Of a stretch of DNA of 64,000 nt, positions 58,491-64,000 are shown in pieces. Numbering within the stretch: position 1 is the first letter of the stretch; each line of letters starts with the position of its first letter. Origin of the DNA: Vicinamibacteria bacterium (GTDB lineage: Bacteria; Acidobacteriota; Vicinamibacteria; Vicinamibacterales; UBA8438); contig CAUZDS010000011.1 in the NCBI GenBank assembly GCA_963578725.1, forward strand, positions 32,304 to 96,303. The letters run 5' to 3'. The position numbers were made by a program, and so were the translations under genes. The notes beneath the pieces were generated by a model. It was not told the origin of the DNA. It made no database searches and saw only the letters and a list, made by a program, of their open reading frames with translations.

Positions 58491-59371
58491 CTTCCGGACG
58501 GGCGCTCGCGACTCGGCTCGAGCTGTCCGCTTCCATGCGCCAACGAGCGGCGGCGGCGATCGACGGCGCGATCTCGCCGAAGCGTCAGCGCAGACGCACG
58601 GGCCACGGGAGCCGGACCGGCCGACGTCTCGACCGAGGCGACGGCGCGGCGTAGCGCGGTCACCTCGCCGGGACTGAGGTCGCGGAACTGTCCGAGCCGT
58701 AGCGCCTTGTCCTGGATCGGGCCGATCCGGACGCGACGCAGCCGAACCACGAGATGCCCGATCGCCTCGCACATGCGCCGGACCTGCCGCTTCCGCCCCT
58801 CGGTGAGGGTGATCCGCACCACCGCCTGGTCGCCCCGCTGGCCCCGTCCGGTCCGGACGAGGTTGGCCGTCGCCGGCGCCGTGCGGCGACCTTCAAGCGT
58901 CATTCCACGCGCGAGCCGTTTCAAGCTGGAGGCATCAGGCACACCGCGCACCCGAGCCTCGTAGACACGTTCGAGACCGTGCCGCGGGTGGGTCAGCCGC
59001 GCCGCCAGATCCCCGTCGTTGGTCAAGATCAGCAGGCCTTCGCTGGCGTAGTCTAGGCGTCCCACCGGGTAGACCGACTCTCGCACACCCGACAGGAGGT
59101 CCATCACCGTCCGACGCCCCTGGGGGTCGTCACGCGTCGTCACAACGCCACGTGGCTTGTTCAGCAACAGATACTTCCGCCGGCCCACGCGCCCAACCCG
59201 GCGCCCGTCCACGCGGATATCGTCCACCTCCGGATCGGCGCGCGCACCCAGGGTCGACACCACGGCTCCGTTGACGGTCACGCGGCCTTCCCGCATGAAC
59301 GTCTCGGCCACTCGGCGCGACGCCACCCCCGCGGCCGCGATGACCTTCTGCAGCCGCACGCCCTCCATCAA
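58487..59371 (-). CDS. rluB: Pseudouridine synthase RluB/RsuA family with S4 domain
   Basis: RLQKVIAAAGVASRR (S4), LLLNKPRGVVTT, YPVGRLDYASEGLLILTNDG. Confidence 0.85.
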   Translation of the reverse strand: MMEGVRLQKVIAAAGVASRRVAETFMREGRVTVNGAVVSTLGARADPEVDDIRVDGRRVGRVGRRKYLLLNKPRGVVTTRDDPQGRRTVMDLLSGVRESVYPVGRLDYASEGLLILTNDGDLAARLTHPRHGLERVYEARVRGVPDASSLKRLARGMTLEGRRTAPATANLVRTGRGQRGDQAVVRITLTEGRKRQVRRMCEAIGHLVVRLRRVRIGPIQDKALRLGQFRDLSPGEVTALRRAVASVETSAGPAPVARASALTLRRDRAVDRRRRSLAHGSGQLEPSRERPSGR

Positions 59372-60006
59372 TACACCTGCTCGGACGGCGGCGGCTCCGA
59401 GTCGGCCGTTACCTCGGGTTCGCCCTCGAACGGTAACGCCTCGCTCGTCGGTCCCGGTGTCGCGAGCTCCGGGGGCACTTCCAGGCCGAGCGCCTCGGCC
59501 ATCTCCTCCACCTTGGGCAGGTCGCTCAGATCGCTGAGCCCGAACCGGTTCAGGAACTCGCGGGTCGTGGCATAGAGAAACGGCCGTCCGACCACCTGCC
59601 TGCGGCCGACCACCTTCGCTAGTCCTCGTTCCAGCAGCGTTCCAACGACGCCCGACGTATTAACCCCGCGAATCTGGGCGATCTCGGGACCGGTGATCGG
59701 CTGCTTGTAGGCGATGACCGCCAGAGTCTCGAGCGCCTGGACCGATAACCGCTGCTTGGACTGCTCGTGAAAGAGACGTCGCACCCACTCGTGCAGCTCG
59801 GGGCGGGTACAGATCTGGTAGCCGCCGGCCACCTCCACCATCTGCAACCCGCCTCGCTGCGCGTAGTCGGCCCGAAGCGCGTCGACCGCCCGCTCCACGT
59901 CTTCTCGCGGCTCCCCATCCAGCAGCCGAAACAGCGCCTTGGGCGTGAGCGGGTCTGGCGACGCGAAGATGAGGGCCTCGATGATCGGTTTGAGCTCGTC
60001 GGACAT
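59368..60006 (-). CDS. scpB: Segregation and condensation protein B
   Basis: IEALIFASPDPLT...LQMVEVAGGYQ...LSVQALETLAVIAYKQPIT..EI..IRG. Confidence 0.85.
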   Translation of the reverse strand: MSDELKPIIEALIFASPDPLTPKALFRLLDGEPREDVERAVDALRADYAQRGGLQMVEVAGGYQICTRPELHEWVRRLFHEQSKQRLSVQALETLAVIAYKQPITGPEIAQIRGVNTSGVVGTLLERGLAKVVGRRQVVGRPFLYATTREFLNRFGLSDLSDLPKVEEMAEALGLEVPPELATPGPTSEALPFEGEPEVTADSEPPPSEQVY

Positions 60007-60102
60007 GGCGAGTGGTCTCTCAAGAAATTAGAAGACAAGAGACAGGAGCGGCCGGTGGTAGGCGTCGATCCGCAGCCGCGGATCGCTCGTCCGGGTGAGG
60101 CC

Positions 60103-60972
60103 TCATGAGTCCGATACGTCCTTCCTGGCTCCCCCTGTCTCCGGTCTCCGATCTCCGGGCTCCTTCGTGCGTCCAGTGTCCCCGACCGGCTTCGGCGCAT
60201 CCTTTGGCCGCTCGCGCCGATAGACCCGGATCGGGCCGAGCTCGCCGGACTGAAACACGCGGATCAGCTTCAGCCGGATCATCTCAAGCAGCGCGAGGAA
60301 GGTCGTGATCAGATCGCCCTTGGTGTCGACCGCCTCGAACAGGTCTTCGAACCCGCACGCCTCGGTCTCCGACAGCCGTGCCATGATCTCGCGCGTGCGA
60401 GCCTCGATCGAGACCGCCTCGCTCGGCAGTGGCACGCCGGGGCGCTCGCGAGCCCGCTGGAGCACAGCCTGGAACGCCTGCAACAACCCGAAGAGGTCCA
60501 CCTCGAGCTCCCGCTCGAACGGCTCGCCGGCAATGTCGGTAATCCGCTCGGCGGGGCGACCCCACTGCGCGCTGCGCACCGTCTCGCGCTCATGCAGCAG
60601 CTCGGCCGCCGCCTTGAATTTCTGGTGCTCGATCAGCCGCCGAACCAACGCATCACGCGGATCTTCGGTGTCGCCATCGTCCTCCGTCTCGAGCTCGAGC
60701 CGGGGCACCAGCGTGCGCGCCTTGATGTGTATCAGCGTGGCGGCCATCACCAGGAAGTCGCCCGCGACGTCGAGGTCGAGCTCCTCCATCATGTCGAGGT
60801 AGTGGAGATACTGCTCGGTGATGAGCACGATCGGGATGTCGTAGATGTCGACTTCCTGCTTCCGGATCAGCAACAACAGCAGGTCGAGCGGACCCTCGAA
60901 GTTGTCGAGCCTGATCGGATACTCTTCGAGCGTCGACTCGAAATCGCTGACGTGGTCGCTCGTGTCGGTCAT
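60103..60972 (-). CDS. scpA: Segregation and condensation protein A
   Basis: FEGPLDLLLLLIRKQEVDIYDIPI..ITEQYL. Confidence 0.85.
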   Translation of the reverse strand: MTDTSDHVSDFESTLEEYPIRLDNFEGPLDLLLLLIRKQEVDIYDIPIVLITEQYLHYLDMMEELDLDVAGDFLVMAATLIHIKARTLVPRLELETEDDGDTEDPRDALVRRLIEHQKFKAAAELLHERETVRSAQWGRPAERITDIAGEPFERELEVDLFGLLQAFQAVLQRARERPGVPLPSEAVSIEARTREIMARLSETEACGFEDLFEAVDTKGDLITTFLALLEMIRLKLIRVFQSGELGPIRVYRRERPKDAPKPVGDTGRTKEPGDRRPETGGARKDVSDS

Positions 60973-61002
60973 GGGTCTTCTGACCGCTGCCTTCTGCGCG
61001 GC

Positions 61003-62007
61003 TCACGCGTAGCTGAGTTTCAGCGCGTCACGGACCTGCTGCATCGTCTGCTTGGCGATCACCCGCGCGCGGCTGGACCCGTCCAGCAAGAGCTCCCGCA
61101 CCCGGGCTGGTCGTGCCAGCACCTCGGCACGACGCGCGCGCATCGGGTCGAGCGCGGAGTTGATCGCTCGCACAAGCTTCTGCTTCACCTCGACGTCGCC
61201 CACGGTGCCGGCCCGATAGCGCGTCTTCAGGTCTTCGACCTCGGCCGCGTCGGGATTGAAAGCGTCGTGGTAGCTGAACACCGGGTTGCCTTCCACCGTG
61301 CCCGGAATGTCGGCGCGGATCCGCTTCGGATCCGTGTACATTCGCATTACCTTCTTCTTCACAGCCTCGGCGTCATCCGACAGGTCGATCGTGTTGCGGT
61401 AGCTCTTGCTCATCTTCCGGTTGTCAAGTCCAGGAAGACGAGGAAACCGTGTCAGCAACGGCTTCGGCTCGGGAAACACCTCGCCGTAGAACCCGTGGAA
61501 CCGGCGGACGACCTCGCGAACCAACTCCAGGTGCGGCACCTGGTCGTCCCCAACCGGCACATACTGCCCCTTGTAAATCACCACGTCGGCGCCCTGCAGC
61601 AGCGGATAGCCAAGAAATCCGAGGGTCGACAGATCCTTCTCGGCCAGCTGCTCCATCTGCTCTTTGTAGGTCGGCACCCGCTCCAACCACGGAATCGGCA
61701 CCACCATCGACAGCAGTAGATGCAACTCGGCATGCTCTGGCACCAACGACTGGACAAACAGCGTACTCTGCTCCGGGTCGACGCCTGCGGCGATCCAGTC
61801 GACGACGTTGTCATAGGCGTAGGCCGTCAGTCCGGCGGTGTCGGCGTACTCGCTGGTCAGCGCGTGCCAGTCGGCGACGAAATACATGCAGTCGTAGGTC
61901 GACTGCAACTCGACCCATTGGCGCAGCGCCCCCACGAGATGGCCGAGGTGCAGCTTGCCGGTCGGCCGCATTCCCGAGACAACGCGCGCCTTCACGTGAG
62001 CATCCAC
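61003..62007 (-). CDS. trpS: Tryptophan--tRNA ligase
   Basis: SGMRPTGKLHLGHLVGAL (HIGH) and KMSKS. Confidence 0.9.
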   Translation of the reverse strand: MDAHVKARVVSGMRPTGKLHLGHLVGALRQWVELQSTYDCMYFVADWHALTSEYADTAGLTAYAYDNVVDWIAAGVDPEQSTLFVQSLVPEHAELHLLLSMVVPIPWLERVPTYKEQMEQLAEKDLSTLGFLGYPLLQGADVVIYKGQYVPVGDDQVPHLELVREVVRRFHGFYGEVFPEPKPLLTRFPRLPGLDNRKMSKSYRNTIDLSDDAEAVKKKVMRMYTDPKRIRADIPGTVEGNPVFSYHDAFNPDAAEVEDLKTRYRAGTVGDVEVKQKLVRAINSALDPMRARRAEVLARPARVRELLLDGSSRARVIAKQTMQQVRDALKLSYA

Positions 62008-62648
62008 CGCATGAGCCAGGAGAACGACGGCCCGATGAGCCGGGACAGCCAGCCGGTTGCCATGAGTACGATCAGGATCAGAAACCCGTACGGCCGGACA
62101 AGCCGATCATAGCCGTCGGCCAGCGCCTCGGGCAGCAGCCCCGCAAGGACGTTCCCACCGTCGAGCGGCGGAATCGGCAGCATGTTGAATACCGCCAGCA
62201 GCAGATTGAGCTGTAGCATCGCGAACCCGAACGTCGCCAGAGTGCCCGGCAGTCCCTCGGACGCACCCAGGCCGCCCGGAATGGCACCGAGCAGGGCAGA
62301 CGCGCCCATGGCCAGGACGATGTTGCTGGCTGGGCCCGCCGCCGCGATCACCAGGAAGTCCCGGCGATGATTTTTTAGATTGGCGGGGTTGACCGGCACC
62401 GGCTTCGCCCACCCGAACACGAATCCACCCGCCAGAATCCCCAGTAGCGGCAACAGGACGGTGCCGACCGGGTCCATGTGCACCAACGGATTCAGCGAGA
62501 TCCGACCCAGCCGCCGAGCGGTCGGATCCCCGTACCAGTCCGCAGTGACGGCGTGCGCCGTCTCGTGGATCGTCAGGGAAAACAGCAGGACGGAGAGGAT
62601 GATGAGCAGCTGACCGATATCTGGCAAGACCCTCAAGGATATGCCCAC
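61992..62648 (-). CDS. Site-2 protease family (M50) zinc metalloprotease
   Basis: HETAHAV (HExxH) and NLLLAVFNMLPIPPLDGG. GTG start. Confidence 0.8.
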   Translation of the reverse strand: MGISLRVLPDIGQLLIILSVLLFSLTIHETAHAVTADWYGDPTARRLGRISLNPLVHMDPVGTVLLPLLGILAGGFVFGWAKPVPVNPANLKNHRRDFLVIAAAGPASNIVLAMGASALLGAIPGGLGASEGLPGTLATFGFAMLQLNLLLAVFNMLPIPPLDGGNVLAGLLPEALADGYDRLVRPYGFLILIVLMATGWLSRLIGPSFSWLMRWMLT

Positions 62649-62753
62649 TGGGAGGAATAGGGCAACCGAGGCGAGGCCTGGGGACAGGCCCGCGCTCGTC
62701 TAGCGCCGCCTCGAGCCAACTAGTTTTCGGCGCCGGTGCGCAGCCGCCGATCA

Positions 62754-64000
62754 CTAGCCGGCGAAATGCGCGAGCACGGCGTCGGCAACCCGGGCCCCGA
62801 TGACCGGTACCAGCTCCTCGCGGCTGGCGCGCCTGATGTTCGCGACACTGCCGAAGTGGGTCAGCAGCGCCCGGCGCCGGCGGGCACCGACCCCGGGAAT
62901 GTCGTCGAGCTCCGATCGGAGATCCCGCCTGGCGCGCGCGGTCCGATGATAGGAGACCGCGAAGCGGTGCGCCTCGTCGCGAAGCCGCTGCAGCAGCAAC
63001 AACGCCGCGCTGTCCGGCTCGAGAATGATCGGATCAACAGCGTCGCGCGTGAAGATGAGCTCTTCTTTCTTGGCCAACCCGACCGCGACCAGGGTCGCGA
63101 GCCCGAACGTCCCGAACGCGTCGTAGGCGGCCGACAGCTGCCCCTTGCCGCCATCGATGACCACGAGGTCTGGCAGCGGCCCGCCGTCGTCCAGCAGCCG
63201 GCGACAGCGCCGCTCGACCACCTCGCGCATCGCCGCGACGTCGTCCTGAAGCCTCCCAACGCCGTCGCCAGACTCGGAGGGCACGGCGGAAACCGTCGGC
63301 GACCCGTGGACACCGCCCGCGGCCGGGCGGGGCCGGCGCCTGCCAGGCGGCGCCGCCCGCGCCTTCCTCCAGACACCGCCGCGCAGCCGGTATTTCCGGT
63401 ACTGCTTGCGCACGAGCCGACCGTCCTCGCAGACCACCATCGACCCGACCGTTTCGCTACCCTGGATCGTCGAGATGTCGAAGCACTCGATCCGGCGTGG
63501 CACCGTCTGGAGCCCTAGCGCCTGCCGCAGCTCCTCGAGCGCGGCACCGCGTGCCAGGGCCTCATCGCTATAACGGGACCGATACCCCAGGGCAGCGTTG
63601 CGGGTGGCCAGGTCGAGCAGGCCCCGCTTGTCACCGCGCTGCGGCACCGTCACCTTCACTTTGCGGCCGGCGCGGTCGCCCAGCCAGCGCTCGAGCGCCA
63701 CCCGGTCCTCGATCTCGATTGGCACATGCACCTCAGGCGGTGCGAGACGCACCTCGTAGAACTGCTGGACCGCGGCCTGAACCGCGTCCAGCGGGGTGGG
63801 CCCAACACCCGCCGACGCATCTGCGATCAACTCGACCCGTTCGATGACCCGGCCGCCCCGCATCTGGAATACCTGGATGACGGCGCCGGCCGGTCCGGTC
63901 TTAACCCCGAACGCATCGCGGTCGCCGAGCCTCACCGTCGACATCTTCTGCTGTCGGTCCCGCAGTGTCTCGATCGTTTTGATGGCATCCCGGGTCTGCG
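62754..64000 (-). CDS. uvrC: Excinuclease ABC subunit C (C-terminal about 415 codons; 5' end lies outside the window)
   Basis: RIECFDISTIQGSETVGSMVV, VVIDGGKGQL, RDEAHRFA, and a C-terminal HhH IPGVGARRRRALLTHFGS. Confidence 0.9.
   Translation of the reverse strand, partial: QTRDAIKTIETLRDRQQKMSTVRLGDRDAFGVKTGPAGAVIQVFQMRGGRVIERVELIADASAGVGPTPLDAVQAAVQQFYEVRLAPPEVHVPIEIEDRVALERWLGDRAGRKVKVTVPQRGDKRGLLDLATRNAALGYRSRYSDEALARGAALEELRQALGLQTVPRRIECFDISTIQGSETVGSMVVCEDGRLVRKQYRKYRLRGGVWRKARAAPPGRRRPRPAAGGVHGSPTVSAVPSESGDGVGRLQDDVAAMREVVERRCRRLLDDGGPLPDLVVIDGGKGQLSAAYDAFGTFGLATLVAVGLAKKEELIFTRDAVDPIILEPDSAALLLLQRLRDEAHRFAVSYHRTARARRDLRSELDDIPGVGARRRRALLTHFGSVANIRRASREELVPVIGARVADAVLAHFAG

Noticed and set aside
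57807-58772. Long N-terminal extensions in the ORF-track entries for cmk. The same applies to clpC (11954), lolC/E (14157), lysS (15670), nusB (16482), mtnP (21460), hemW (26473) and ihfB (55755).
   Set aside because: The extensions are Arg/Pro/Gly-rich, overlap the preceding gene, and precede the point where family homology begins. Internal ATG/GTG starts give classic 1-4 nt overlaps or sensible spacers.

Overview
This is a GC-rich chromosomal segment (roughly two-thirds G+C by eye) from a diderm bacterium. A VWFA protein of the acidobacterial type, futalosine-route menaquinone genes, LpxI and an HspR-type dnaK operon point to Acidobacteriota or a neighbouring phylum; this is inference only. 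I call about 60 protein genes. All but four (an OMP gene, PBP1A, mobA, argS) are on the minus strand, and many are packed with 1-4 nt start/stop overlaps.

Content is almost entirely housekeeping:
- Envelope: bamA-skp-fabZ/lpxA-lpxI, lolDE, lnt, PBP1A.
- Futalosine pathway: mqn genes.
- Chaperones and proteases: clpC, and dnaK-dnaJ-hspR followed by a DnaC-like ATPase and hemW.
- Translation: lysS, argS, valS, trpS, prfB, rpsA.
- Other: nusB/ribH, methylmalonyl-CoA accessory genes, coaX-birA-nadC, cmk-rpsA-ihf, rluB-scpB-scpA, uvrC.

I saw no rRNA, tRNA, CRISPR array, transposase, integrase, phage gene or recognisable defence gene, and I cannot support a novel multi-gene system here.

Observations most worth a second look:
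- A roughly 155-bp structured GC-rich intergenic repeat present twice.
- A Cys-less MqnC/MqnE paralogue with a tightly wedged small Cys-containing ORF.
- A FabZ-LpxA fusion.
- A perfect 22-bp tandem duplication abutting the dnaJ start codon.
- A perfect consensus promoter with non-canonical repeats upstream of dnaK.
- An SD-sequestering hairpin in the clpC leader.
- A zinc-ribbon DnaC/DnaI-like ATPase inside the hspR operon.
- Tandem secreted paralogues of unknown function.
- A 1-nt frameshift in nadC.
- An acyl-CoA dehydrogenase remnant coupled to meaB.

All family assignments come from motif recognition by eye; no searches were run.
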